DNA of 64,000 nt from Eledone cirrhosa (GCA_964016885.1 OZ024746.1:2418001-2482000), one strand, 5' to 3'. Shown: positions 13,100 to 26,840, counted from the stretch's first letter. Numbers and translations are program-made. Notes: generated by a model not told the origin, from the letters alone.

Positions 13100-13229
13100 G
13101 AGTTGAAGACTGCTATTGAGAACCTGGGCTTCTATCACACATAAGCAGTGTCACAGGTTGGTCTTCCCTATACCATGACATATTCAAGCAGTCATTGAAG
13201 AAGCCAAAAGAGTTCTATACAAGTATTAA
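13100..13229 (+). mobile_element. Tc1 transposase C-terminal relic
   Basis: ELKTAIE..WASITHKQCHRLVFPIP*HIQAVIEEAKRVLYKY*, matching the Tc1 consensus W..I....C..LI.SMP.R..AVI.AKG..TKY. Confidence 0.65.
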
Positions 13230-13577
13230 CTGACATTCCATAAGCAACTTTTCTAACTTTTTATCAATCTGCAATGAAACTAAAGTAAAAAGATCAAAAG
13301 ATGAAAATGAAACTTATAACCAGAATGAAATGGAATTGGAACAGTCACCAGATCACTGAATACTGTTTTTTATATTCTTGTCATGGCTTTCATCTTTTGA
13401 TCATTTCCTTTCTACTCTCCTACGTCACCATATAACTCTGACCCCCCACCCCCCGATAGACTTGAATGAAATTAACTCAAACAAATGAATCTTTGATTTG
13501 CTATTGAAATGGCTCAAGCTTAGCTGCCGAGCAAAGCATCCTTATTACACACACACCCATATATATATATATATATA

Positions 13578-13738
13578 TGAAAAGGTGCAGGACCCCGACG
13601 GCAGAGCTCAAGCCATTTCAACGGCTATTTCTGTAATAAATTCAATTGAGCCTTTTCATATTACCCACTCTGCTACCCAAAGTATAGAGTACTCTGGTGC
13701 ATTATGGTCCACCTGGTTCCTTACCACACTAACTTCGT
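13578..13738. mobile_element. Short Penelope-like element (family 2) in (TA)n
   Basis: Shares gaccccgacggcagagctcaagcc and tail with 22486-22670; inverted 5' segment. Confidence 0.55.
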
Positions 13739-13771
<33 letters not shown>

Positions 13772-13902
13772 TAATAATTATTTAAGCTAATATTTTAGGT
13801 AAATTTAATACAGATATAACTACAGTTTTTGAATTAGAAGCTTAGTACACAGAAAAATGTAAGAGAATAAATAACTTTATGCATTTTAGAGTTTATTATC
13901 TC

Positions 13903-14087
13903 GTGGATTGGCAGTATCGGTAGCGGGTCGGATGCCATGCTTTGACGCATAGTTACGGCCCTTGCCATTCTGAGTTCAAATCCCGCCGAGGTTAACTTTG
14001 CCTTTCATCCTTACGGGGTCGATAAAATAAAGTACCAGTAATGCACTGGGTAATTGCTGGCCTTGTGCCTAAAGTAGAAACAATTAT
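13903..14087 (+). mobile_element. SINE family 1 copy
   Basis: Full A/B box, core and tail; ttatctc flanks. Confidence 0.85.
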
Positions 14088-14569
14088 CTCATCAACAAAC
14101 AATTAACCCACTTGTTCTGTCCACAGAGAAATTCTTTTTATAGTATTGCTTTATATATCAATCAAGATGAACTGGTCAATCTAATTTGCATGACATGCAT
14201 TTATTTAGCAAAATAATGAATTAAATAAATATTTATGTTAGAACACAAGATATGTGACAAGATTTAAGGTGAATTTTTTAGTAGATATAACTACAGGGTT
14301 TTGAATTAGAAAATATGTGTGTGTACGTTTGTGTTAATGAGGAAGGTCAAAGAAAACCTGTTATATAAGACTGACAGAATATAACAGATGGCAAGAGAGA
14401 GAAAACAAAGAAATTCAATTTATGTCTAATTTTCCAGTTATCTCAACATACATGAAACATCCTAAACTCTCTCCTCAAGGATAGACAACATATCGACATT
14501 TGGCCGGCTTTAATGAAATATAATTGGAAATTCATATGAAAATATAAATCTTTTCTTTTTACACCATCA

Positions 14570-17500
14570 CACACTCACACATACAGACACTCATAGTCAC
14601 ATCTCCACACACACATACAGACACTCATAGCCACATCTCCACACACACATACAGACACTCATAGCCACATCTCCACACACACATACAGACACTCATAGTC
14701 ACATCTCCACACACACATACAGACACTCATAGCCACATCTCCACACACATACAGACACTCATAGCCACATCTCCACACACACATACAGACACTCATAGCC
14801 ACCTCTCCACACACACATACAGACACTCATAGCCACATCTCCACACACACATACACTCACACATACAAACACTCATAGCCACATCTCCACACACGCATAC
14901 AGACACTCATAGCCACCTCTCCACACACGCATACAGACACTCATAGCCACATCTCCACACACACATACACTCACACATACAGACACTCATAGCCACCTCT
15001 CCACACACGCATACAAACACTTATAGCCACATCTCCACACACACATACACTCACACATACAGACACTCATAGCCACATCTCCACACACACATACACACAC
15101 TCATAGACACACCTCCACACACACATACACACACACATACAAACACTCATAGCCACATCTCCACACACGCATACAGACACTCATAGCCACCTCTCCACAC
15201 ACGCATACAGACACTCATAGCCACCTCTCCACACACGCATACAGACACTCATAGCCACATCTCCACACACGCATACAGACATTCATAGCCACCTCTCCAC
15301 ACACGCATACAGACACTCATAGCCACCTCTCCACACACACATACAGACACTCATAGCCACATCTCCACACACACATACAGACACTCATAGCCACCTCTCC
15401 ACACACACATACAGACACTCATAGCCACCTCTCCACACACGCATACAGACACTCATAACCACATCTCCACACACGCATACAGACACTCATAGCCACATCT
15501 CCACACACACATACAGACACTCATAGCCACCTCTCCACACACACATACAGACACTCATAGCCACCTCTCCACAAACGCATACAGACACTCATAGCCACCT
15601 CTCCACACACACATACAGACACTCATAGCCACATCTCCACACACACAGACACTCATAGCCACCTCTCCACACACACATACAGACACTCATAGCCACCTCT
15701 CCACACACGCATACAGACACTCATAGCCACCTCTCCACACACACATACAGACACTCATAGCCACATCTCCACACACACACATACACACACACATACAGAC
15801 ACTCATAGCCACATCTCCCCACACACATACAGACATTCATAGCCACCTCTCCACACACACATACAGACACTCATAGCCACCTCTCCACACACACATACAG
15901 ACACTCATAGCCACATCTCCACACACACATACAGACACTCATAGCCACCTCTCCACACACACATACAGACACTCATAGCCACCTCTCCACACACACATAC
16001 AGACACTCATAGCCACCTCTCCACACACACATACAAACACTCATAGCCACACCTCCACACACATACACACACTCATAGCCACATCTCCACACACATACAC
16101 ACACACATACACACACATACACACACTCATAGCCACACCTCCACACACACATACACACACACATACAAACACTCATAGCCACATCTCCACACACATACAA
16201 ACACTCATAGCCACCTCTCCACACACACATACAGACACTCATAGCCACATCTCCACACACACATACAGACACTCATAGCCACCTCTCCACACACACATAC
16301 AAACACTCATAGCCACCTCTCCACACACGCATACACACACTCATAGCCACACCTCCACACACACATACACACACACATACAGACACTCATAGCCACCTGT
16401 CCACACACACATACATACACTCATAGCCACCTCTCCACACACACATACAGACACTCATAGCCACATCTCCCCACACACATACAGACACTCATAGCCACAT
16501 CTCCACACACACATACAGACACTCATAGCCACATCTCCACACACACATACAGACACTCATAGCCACCTCTCCACACACACACATACAGACACTCATAGCC
16601 ACCTCTCCACACACACATACAGACACTCATAGCCACCTCTCCACACACGCATACAGACACTCATAGCCACATCTCCACACACGCATACAGACACTCATAG
16701 CCACCTCTCCACACACGCATACAGACACTCATAGCCACCTCTCCACACATGCATACAGACACTCATAGCCACCTCTCCACACACACATACAGACACTCAT
16801 AGCCACATCTCCACACACACATACAGACACTCATAGCCACCTCTCCACACACACATACAGACACTCATAGCCACATCTCCACACACACATACACACACAC
16901 ATATAGACACTCATAGCCACCTCTCCACACACACATACAGACACTCATAGCCACCTCTCCACACACACATACACAAACACATACAGATTCTCATAGCCAC
17001 CTCTCCACACACACATACAGACACTCATAGCCACCTCTCCACACACACATACAGACACTCATAGCCACATCTCCACACACACATACACACACACATACAT
17101 ACAAACACTCATAGCCACATCTCCACACACGCATACAGACACTCATAGCCACATCTCCACACACACACACATACACACACATACACACACACATACAAAC
17201 ACTCATAGCCACCTCTCCACACACACATACAGACACTCATAGCCACCTCTCCACACACACATACAGACACTCATAGCCACCTCTCCACACACACATACAG
17301 ACACTCATAGCCACATCTCCACACACGCATACAGACACTCATAGCCACCTCTCCACACACACATACAGACACTCATAGCCACATCTCCCCACACACATAC
17401 AGACACTCATAGCCACATCTCCACACACGCATACAGACACTCATAGCCACCTCTCCACACACACATACAGACACTCATAGCCACATCTCCACACACACAT

Positions 17501-19622
17501 ACAGACACTCATAGCCACCTCTCCACACACACATACAGACACTCATAGCCACATCTCCACACACACATACACACACACATACAGACACTCATAGCCACCT
17601 CTCCACACACACATACAGACACTCATAGCCACCTCTCCACACACACATACAGATACTCATAGCCACCTCTCCACACACACATACAGACACTCATAGCCAC
17701 ATCTCCACACACACATACACACACACATACATACAAACACTCATAGCCACATCTCCACACACGCATACAGACACTCATAGCCACATCTCCACACACACAT
17801 ACACACACACATACAAACACTCATAGCCACCTCTCCACACACACATACAGACACTCATAGCCACCTCTCCACACACACATACAGACACTCATAGCCACCT
17901 CTCCACACACGCATACAGACACTCATAGCCACCTCTCCACACACACACATACAGACACTCATAGCCACATCTCCCCACACACATACAGACACTCATAGCC
18001 ACATCTCCACACACGCATACAGACACTCATAGCCACATCTCCACACACACATACAGACACTCATAGCCACATCTCCACACACACATACAGACACTCATAG
18101 CCACCTCTGCACACACACATACAGACACTCATAGCCACATCTCCACACACACATACAGACACTCATAGCCACCTTTCTACACACACATACACACACACAT
18201 ACAAACACTCATAGCCACATCTCCACACACACATACAGACACTCATAGCCACCTCCCCACACACACATACACACACACATACAGGCACTCATAGCCACAT
18301 CTCCACACACGCATACAGACACTCATAGCCACCTCTCCACACACACATACACACACACATACAAACACTCATAACCACATCTCCACACACACATACACAC
18401 ACACATACAAACACTCATAGCCACATCTCTACACACGCATACAGACACTCATAGCCACATCTCCCCACACACATACAGACACTCATAGCCACATCTCCAC
18501 ACACACATACACACACACATACAGACACTCATAGCCACATCTCCACACACGCATACAGACACTCATAGCCACATCTCCACACACACATACACTCACACAT
18601 ACACACACTCATAGCCACATCTCCACACACACATACACACACACATACAGACACTCATAGCCACATCTCCACACACGCATACAGACACTCATAGCCACCT
18701 CTCCACACACACATACACACACACATACAGACACTCATAGCCACATCTCCCCACACACATACAGACACTCATAGCCACATCTCCACACACACATACAGAC
18801 ACTCATAGCCACATCTCCACACACACATACAGACACTCATAGCCACCTCTCCACACACGCATACAGACACTCATAGCCACCTCTCCACACACGCATACAG
18901 ACACTCATAGCCACCTCTCCACACACACATACAGACACTCATAGCCACCTCTCCACACACGCATACAGACACTCATAGCCACCTCTCCACACACGCATAC
19001 AGACACTCATAGCCACCTCTCCACACACGCATACAGACACTCATAGCCACCTCTCCACACACACATACAGACACTCATAGCCACCTCTCCACACACGCAT
19101 ACAGACACTCATAGCCACCTCTCCACACACGCATACAGACACTCATAGCCACCTCTCTACACACGCATACAGACACTCATAGCCACCTCTCCACACACAC
19201 ATACAGACACTCATAGCCACCTCTCCACACACACACACAGACACTCATAGCCACATCTCCACACACACATACAAACACTCATAGCCACATCTCCACACAC
19301 ACATACAGACACTCATAGCCACCTCCACACACACATACACACACACATACAGACACTCATAGCCACCTCTCCACACACACATACAGACACTCATAGCCAC
19401 CTCTCCACACACACATACAGACACTCATAGCCACCTCTCCACACACACATACAGACACTTATAGCCACCTCTCCACACACACATACAGACACTCATAGCC
19501 ACCTCTCCACACACACATACAGACACTCATAGCCACCTCTCCACACACACACATACAGCCACTCATAGCCACCTCCACACACACATACAGACACTCATAG
19601 CCACCTCTCCACACATACAGAC
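14570..19622. repeat. ~5-kb CA-rich satellite, ~34-bp unit (tcatagccacMtctccacacacRcatacagacac)
   Basis: Direct periodicity with 32/36/46-bp length variants. Confidence 0.95.
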
Positions 19623-19885
19623 ATGCCCCCCCCCCTCCCAATATTATTAGATATAAAAGTTTTCTCTGAGATAGGAAATTACTGAAAGCAACCCACCAGC
19701 ACAATGTTTCTCATCAACTTTTCTGTATCCAGCTTTACAGACACACACGTAACTACCATTTGTGTTTTTACAGTTATGTTCACAGCCACCTTCGGCAACC
19801 AAACATTCGTTAATATCTAGAATTTAGAAATTGAAAGAAAAATATACAAAATTAAAACATCAAATAAAACACACACTCACACACA

Positions 19886-19920
<35 letters not shown>

Positions 19921-21173
19921 TCCTAGAATCAAAAGGCCTTAAAATTAACCTGGCTTAGACTAAAGTTCTAGTTTGTAGGAAAGAAAATAAGGCGCCGGTC
20001 CCTTTCGGGAAATGGCCATGCTCAGTGTGTAGGAAAGGCGTAGGTAGAAACTCCATTTTATGTCCCAAATGCAAAGTATGGGTGCATAACAGATGTAGTG
20101 GGATCACAGGTAAGCTAACTAAGAACATAGATTTTACATGTGGCCGGTGCTCTGGTGCAATAAGTAGCAGCAAGTGCCCACAAAATACTAGCTCTTTCAA
20201 TTGCGCAGAGGGTTCTATAGAAATAGTGGACAGCTTCCGTTACCTGGGCGACAAAAATCAGCAGTGGGGGAGGGTGCTCTGAAAGTACAGTAGCTAGAGT
20301 CAGAACTGGTTGGAAAAAGTTCAGAGAGCTTATACCACTATTAGCCGCTAAAGGGTTCTCCCTAAGAATGAAAGGCAGGTTGTATGATACCTGCATACGA
20401 ACAGCAATGTTGCATGGCAGTGAGACCTTGGCATTGTGTGCAGAGGATATATGCAGACTAGAGAGGAACGAAGCTTGCATGCTCCGCTGGATGTGTAATA
20501 GTAATATACGTGAACGGCAAAGCATAAGCGAACTAAGGAAAAAATTAGAAATAAGAGGGATCAGATGTTGTTTACTCGAGAGAAGGCTACGTTGGTATGG
20601 TCACGTGATGCGCATGAAAGACGACAGCTGTATAACAAAGTGCAGGGCAATAAAGATAGACGGTAGCTACGGAGTAGGCAGACCCAGAAAAACCTGGGAC
20701 GAGCTGATAAATTCTGACCTCACACACTTACACCTCTCCAAGACAATGTCACTGGACCGAGACCTTTGGCGGTACTCAGTAATAGAGAAGACCCGCCTTA
20801 CCTAAATACAAAGTAAAACCTACTACAGCCAGTAGGCATCTCTAACAAAATACACCCCTGTCCCACCCCACCCCATCCACACCGCCCCTTCAATGTAAAG
20901 TTATGTTGGTGCCACAACATCCAGGCCGAAACAAATGAGATCGTGTAGACACAGTCCACGCTGTAATGTGGCCGTGTAGGCAACACGGTAAAAACCTCCC
21001 AGACCCACACTGTAAATGTGGTTGGTGTTAGCAAGGGCATCCAACTGTAGAAAACCCGCCAGACAGTCCTATGCGAGCAAGACAATCACTCTTGCCTCAA
21101 GTGGGAAAACCCCCGTCCAAACCCATGCAAGCGTGGAACACGGACGTTAAACGTTGATGATGATGATGATGAT
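19921..21173 (+). mobile_element. 5'-truncated RTE LINE
   Basis: RT C-terminal part, C4HC3 finger, RRLRWYGHVMR and GRPRKTW motifs, (gat)n tail; near-identical to 62290-63525; (TA)n flanks. Confidence 0.92.
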
Positions 21174-21432
21174 ATATATATGTAGGAGGTGAGTTTTATT
21201 GTAGCACAATAAAGCAATGCAAATATCGGATAAGTAGCACTCAACAGTTTATAGGACTGGATTATAAATAATATGTTGATTTAACACTTCACTGCTCGCA
21301 AGTGTTTTTTAAGCTTCATATGTCTTCCTATTTTATCTGATGAGAACACAAATATCATCCCATGATGATATTTGTTTTTGAAATGCGCATAATAAAATAC
21401 ATGGAACTCTTTTAACCATCTTTTGATCTTAT

Positions 21433-21502
<70 letters not shown>

Positions 21503-21515
21503 CGTGTGTGTGTAC

Positions 21516-21555
<40 letters not shown>

Positions 21556-21559
21556 ATCA

Positions 21560-21890
21560 TCATCACTGTTTAACAGCTGAAGTAGAAACTGCCAAGCTGA
21601 ACAATCTCCACTCTATCTCAATGTCCTCAGTTTGTTCGTGGAGTTCTTTGAATTTGGATGCAAACTTGTCCATGACTTCCTTATCTGCCAGAGCTTCTCA
21701 CTTTATCCTATAGGTTGAGCTGGACTTGCAAGTTTTGTGGGCTCTCTTTGTTTTAGTTAGTCTCAAGTTGCAGATAACTAGATGGTGATCAGTTCACAGC
21801 TCAGCCCCTCTCTTAACACGAACATCCAGCACAGGTCAAAGAGATCAGAGACAATAACAAAATCAATTATTGATCTGTCCCAGATTCCCC
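21560..21890 (-). mobile_element. Old RTE-type endonuclease fragment
   Basis: Minus strand SIIDFVIVSDL..VLDVRVKRGAEL*TDHHLVICNLRL (APE SDH motif). Confidence 0.6.
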
Positions 21891-22485
21891 TTACATCATC
21901 ATCATCATCATCGTTTAACGTCTATCTTCCACGCTAGCATGGGTTAGACGGGAGTTGTCCCATTTGAGCCAAGATTGTCTCGCTCGTATAGGACTATCTG
22001 GCAGGTTTTCTACAGCTGGATGCCCTTCCTTACACCAACCACATTTACAGTGGGGACTGGGAACTTTTTACCGTGTTACCTACACACCATGTATATTAAA
22101 AATATAAACAACTTTCTAGTTACGAGAATGTAACAAAAGTTCTTATATAAAATTATGATGGAAGATTTTAGATAATTATAAACACTTTACAATAAACAGT
22201 TTAATATCGTAGAACCAGGGAGGATTTGTTCTAAAAAGAGTCAATTAAATGAGCATAGAGAGTACCCACAGCTTTCTTAAGCTGTGCAGTTATGGTGAGT
22301 ATACCAGACAAAGAAATTCATTAAAAATAATTCACTTTAGGTTGTACAGATATGTCCTGTGAGATCAAAGGAAATAAGAGAAGTGTTATACACACATGTG
22401 ATGACAATGATGATGCAATGCAGTGTGATAGCATAGCTGCACTCTAATAAGTAAAAGAGTAAACGAATATATATATATATATATA

Positions 22486-22667
22486 ACGAAGGAGGTATGG
22501 TAAGGAACCAGATGGACCATAATGCACCAGAGTACTCAATACTTAGGGTAGTAGAGTGGGTAATAGGAAAATGTTAGACCCCGACGGCAGAGCTCAAGCC
22601 GTTTCGATGGCTATAGAAATAGCCGTCAAAATGGCTTGAGCTCTGCCATCGGGGTCTAACATTTTCC

Positions 22668-22670
<3 letters not shown>
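22486..22670 (-). mobile_element. Penelope-like short element (family 2) with ~108-bp palindrome
   Basis: Arms ataggaaaatgttagaccccgacggcagagctcaagccg / tggcttgagctctgccatcggggtctaacattttcctat; (TA)n flanks. Confidence 0.6.
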
Positions 22671-22698
<28 letters not shown>

Positions 22699-22710
22699 TT
22701 AATATAGATG

Positions 22711-22761
22711 AGATTCTACAGGACTAGAACTGTTTCATTCTTTAGAAATCATCAGGAATCT
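22711..22761 (-). ncRNA. Type I hammerhead ribozyme motif (copy 1)
   Basis: AGAUUC-CUGAUGA-U-UUC-uaaa-GAA-U-GAAA-CAG-uucuaguc-CUG-UA-GAAUCU: core, stem III and 6-bp stem I. Confidence 0.75.
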
Positions 22762-22971
22762 GGGTATCAAAAAATAAATATGTATTGAGTACCTTACTTA
22801 CTGTGGTTACCTCCGATTCAACCCGGAATAACGTAGTATATATATATATATAAGTTTATCCCAGGTTCAATCTGGGGTAACCACAGTAAGTAAGGTACTC
22901 AATACAAAGCATTTAATATAGCAAGTATTTAATATACCAAATTTAATATAGCAAATATTTAATATAGCAAG

Positions 22972-23020
22972 GCTTCTACAGGACTAGAACTGTTTCATTC
23001 TGGAGAAATCATCAGGAAGC
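22972..23020 (-). ncRNA. Type I hammerhead ribozyme motif (copy 2)
   Basis: GCUUC-CUGAUGA-U-UUC-ucca-GAA-U-GAAA-CAG-uucuaguc-CUG-UA-GAAGC; stem I covaries with copy 1. Confidence 0.75.
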
Positions 23021-23067
23021 TTCCTGATGATTTCTCCCAAATGAAACAGTTCTAGTCCTGTAGAAAC
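23019..23067 (+). ncRNA. Type I hammerhead ribozyme motif (copy 3, inverted, slightly decayed)
   Basis: gcttc ctgatga tttctcccaaat gaaa cag ttctagtc ctg ta gaaac; head-to-head with copy 2. Confidence 0.6.
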
Positions 23068-23894
23068 CTTTCTATATTATATATATATCTGTAACTGTGG
23101 TACTATAAGATTTAGAAGGTATGGTTTATATAGACTTGTATAGCTGACAGAGAAGTTTCTTTACTGTTATTCAGCCCTGAGCTGACCCCTGGTTGAGCTG
23201 ACACCATCTCTTTTTGTCAGATATAGTTTACTTCTTGCAGTATTATTCAATGGAGAAAAAATACAAGATCCCAGAGAAATTTGTGAGGATCTACTTTGGA
23301 AAAAGAATTGTCTTTACTGGTAAAGTGTAAACAATCTAGACAGGAATTTTTAACATTTGAAACAAAGTCTTTTTTGGACAATAAGAAATATTTTTCTGTG
23401 TACTTTTCCCATGCTCTCAACCTATTTTGCTTCCTGAAGAAAAACTTTGTCCAAAGTGTTGGAAATATTGTTCTCCAGTATACAAGCACAAGAAACTTAA
23501 TACTTAATTATGATGTCTGGCAGTTTGCTTTGATTTCCCTATCTGCCTGCACTGGCATGTCCCATAGGATGGTAGCATTATCATATTTAGCAACTGTTTC
23601 TAGTTTGGGGTGATGCCATTTTTCGGAAATGCTGATGCTACATTTCCTACAAATTTTCTGGTAGAGGTATGCTGAAGTCTTGTGGCAGTGGATATATTAT
23701 CTGATATGTACTTCCCCTTTTAAAGGTAGCAGAGTGTATTTTGAGAGACATTTGGCTGGTATTTCTAGCAAATATGGTGACCACATCCTCCATTGGTTTA
23801 AGAAAGTGTTTGTTCTCTATAGTATAGAGTGCATGATGAATGTGTGTTAGCATAAAATATTATTTCACAGGTATTCTAGTGATGATTAACTTAC

Positions 23895-24014
23895 CACTAC
23901 ATTGCTTCTTGTCCATTAGTTTATAACCAGAGTGACATTCACATTTGTAGCTTCCTATAGAGTTTTCACACTTATGCTGGCACCCACCATTTCTTTTTGA
24001 GCATTCATCAATAT
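23895..24014 (-). CDS. cbEGF exon E
   Basis: tatag|120 bp|gtaagt; (D)[39 protein letters not shown]. Confidence 0.92.
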
Positions 24015-24330
24015 CTATAATAGAAGGATACATGTTAGTGTGTATGGATAAGTTGGGAAATGAATTTATATGGATAAATCTAAGAAGTTTGGTTATAGCT
24101 TTAATGTGTAAGTAGATCCCTTCCATGTTTAAACCACAGGTCTCTCTTTGCAGAACTATCTGAAGAACAGCCTGACTAGTTTTGCTGGTCATTAAATGAC
24201 CAGTAGGATTGTTTTCTTCATCTAATATACTGAGAGATAGATAGAAAATAGTTAAATAGATAGATAAATAGATAGATAGATAAATAGATTGATAGATAGA
24301 TAAATAGATATAGAAGATAGATAGATAGAT

Positions 24331-25085
24331 ATTTTTCTTTATTTGCCACAGGGGCATACAAAAATGGGACATTACAAGACGTGACGGTGGGGTTTTACAT
24401 AAAAATCATATAACTTTAACATTAATAAATAACAATAAACTATATATAATAAAATAACAATTGAAATCCCCAATAGGGGGAACGTTACTGCAGGGTTGTT
24501 TTACACCCCGTGGATAGAACAATCCTCAACACCAGGAACACGTTTTTTAGGTGTTCCTGCCTTCCCTCTGTTTATCTTCCTCAACCTACAGGTTTATATA
24601 CAGAGAAGGCCCATTCACTCGGGCCATTTTCGCCACATTCACCCACCATTCAGCGAATTTATTGGGGTGTAGCACCTCTTTCTCCACTCTCACCTTCCTT
24701 CTGAAGTGGTACTTAAAGAAAGGGATGAGTTGTTGTCCGGAGAGAAAGGTGTTTGCCCTCAGGCCTTTTAACCTCGTCCACCATATTACCTGTTTCGCCA
24801 TAGCCAACAGACAGAGGAAAACCACCTCTCCTTCATTCTTAAATGAAGGCAGCGGGGTGATCCTCATGATGGACTCGGCTGACAACTGGATGCGTCCCAT
24901 GCGTGACAGTAGCTGTTCGACATAATTCCACAGGTCGGTCACCCCTGGGCACTGAACAATTGTGTACAGAATGGTTTCTATGTCCTCTTGCATCTTGGAC
25001 AGCTCCTCCATGCCTGTAGATTTTGTCTCGAACTGGTAGAGCTTCTCGGTAGCACTGCCAGGCCAGAGACCTCTGGAAGTTATAC
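24331..25085 (-). mobile_element. Tx1/L1-like LINE 3' fragment
   Basis: ET....IVQCP....LW and LAMAKQVIWWTR resemble the L1/Tx1 C-terminal zinc-knuckle region; 3' end abuts (TATC)n. Confidence 0.6.
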
Positions 25086-25225
25086 TGTTAATGACCAGTT
25101 TATTTCAACATAATATTTCAGGGTCATACCCACTTTTCAGAAAAGTGGTGCATACTATAGTTTTTGTAGTAGGTGCACATCACAATGTTCCCTTGAAGAT
25201 TCCGCTCAAGCTACAGAGTCCTTTA

Positions 25226-25262
<37 letters not shown>

Positions 25263-25265
<3 letters not shown>

Positions 25266-26840
25266 GTTTGTACCAGGAAGAGGCACCACTGATGCCCTCT
25301 TCCTTGTGAGGCAGTTACAGGAAAAGTACCTAGCTAAAAGTAAGCCACTCTACCTGGCATTCGTCGATCTCGAGAAAGCCTTTGACAGAGTTCCCCGTGC
25401 TGTAATCTGGTGGGCTCTTAGAAAACTAGAAGTAGATGAATGGCTTGTGAAAGCTGTACAAGCCATGTATAGGGGAGCAGTCAGCAAAGTTAGGATTAGC
25501 AATGAGTATAGCGAGGAATTTAGCGTACAGGTTGGTGTCCACCAGGGCTCTGTTCTTAGCCCTCTCCTGTTCATCATAGTCCTGCAGGCAATACCGGAGG
25601 AGTTTAAGACCGGATGCCCATGGGAACTCCTGTATGCAGATGACCTCGCACTTATAGCTGAATCTATAGTAGAACTAGAGAAGAAATTCCAAACTTGGAA
25701 GCAGGGACTAGAAAGAAAGGGTCTCAAAGTCAACATGACAAAGACTAAGGTCTTTTAAGTAGACGAGAAAACAGAACCCAGATCCCCTCAGGGAAATGGC
25801 CTTGCTCAGTATGTAGGAAAGGTGTAGGTAGGAACTCCATTCTCTGCCCCAAATGCAAACAATGGGTACACAAGAGATGTAGCGGGATCTCAGCAAGCTT
25901 AATTAAGAATGTAGGCTTCACATGCAGCAGCTGTGCTGGGACAGCAAGCAGCAAACAGCCACAGGAAATGAGTACCACCAATCTCTGGGAGGGCTCTGTA
26001 GAAACAGTAGACAGCTTCTGCTACCTAGGTGACCGAATTAGCAGCGGAGGTGCGTGTTCGGAAAGTACAACTAGGGTAAGAACGGGATGGAAGAAGTTCA
26101 GGGAACTACTGCCACTGCTAGCTGCAAAAGGCTTCTCCCTCAAAATGAAAGGCAGACTGTATGATGCGTGTATCCGAACAGCAATGTTACATGGTAGTGA
26201 GACCTGGGCGCTGAAGGTGGAAGACTTACATAGATTAGAAAGAAACGAAGCCTGCATGCTCCGATGGATGTGTAATAGTAATATATGCAAACGGCAAAGC
26301 ATAAATGAATTGAGAGAGAGACTGAGCATCAGAGGAATCAAATGCTGTGTGCAGGAGAGGCGGTTGCGCTGGTATGGACATGTGATGCGTATGAAGGATG
26401 ACAGCTGCATAAAAAGGTGCAGAGCACTAGAAGTCAATGGAAGCCGCGGAGTGGGGAGACCCAAGAAGACCTGGGATGAGGTGATAGGGCCAACCATACC
26501 CAGTTGCACCTCTCAAAGGCGATGACACACGACCGTGACCTCTGGCGTCACGCAGTAATACAGAGTACCCGACCGCCCATGGGTATAAGCTGAAGCATAT
26601 AGATATGCCCCCCCCCCTCCCACTGCAAAGTGGTCGTGCAGGTGCCACGGCAAAAAAGCACCCAGCACTCACTGTAAATGAGGTTGGTGTTAGGAAGGGC
26701 ATCCAGCTGTAGAAACCAAGCCAAAATCAGTTCCTGTGTGAGCAAGGCATGGTCAGGCGACCAGACACTACCCACAACAGGACAACCCGTCTAACCCATG
26801 CTAGCATGGAAGAACATGTAAAACGGTGATGATGATGATG
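25263..26840 (+). mobile_element. 5'-truncated RTE LINE (divergent subfamily)
   Basis: FVDLEKAFD, GVHQGSVLSP, LLYADD, C4HC3 finger, (gat)n tail; frameshifted. Confidence 0.93.

Noticed and set aside
14570-19622. CRISPR-like repeat/spacer appearance
   Set aside because: Linkers are low-complexity CA variants rather than unique spacers; eukaryotic context with no cas genes.
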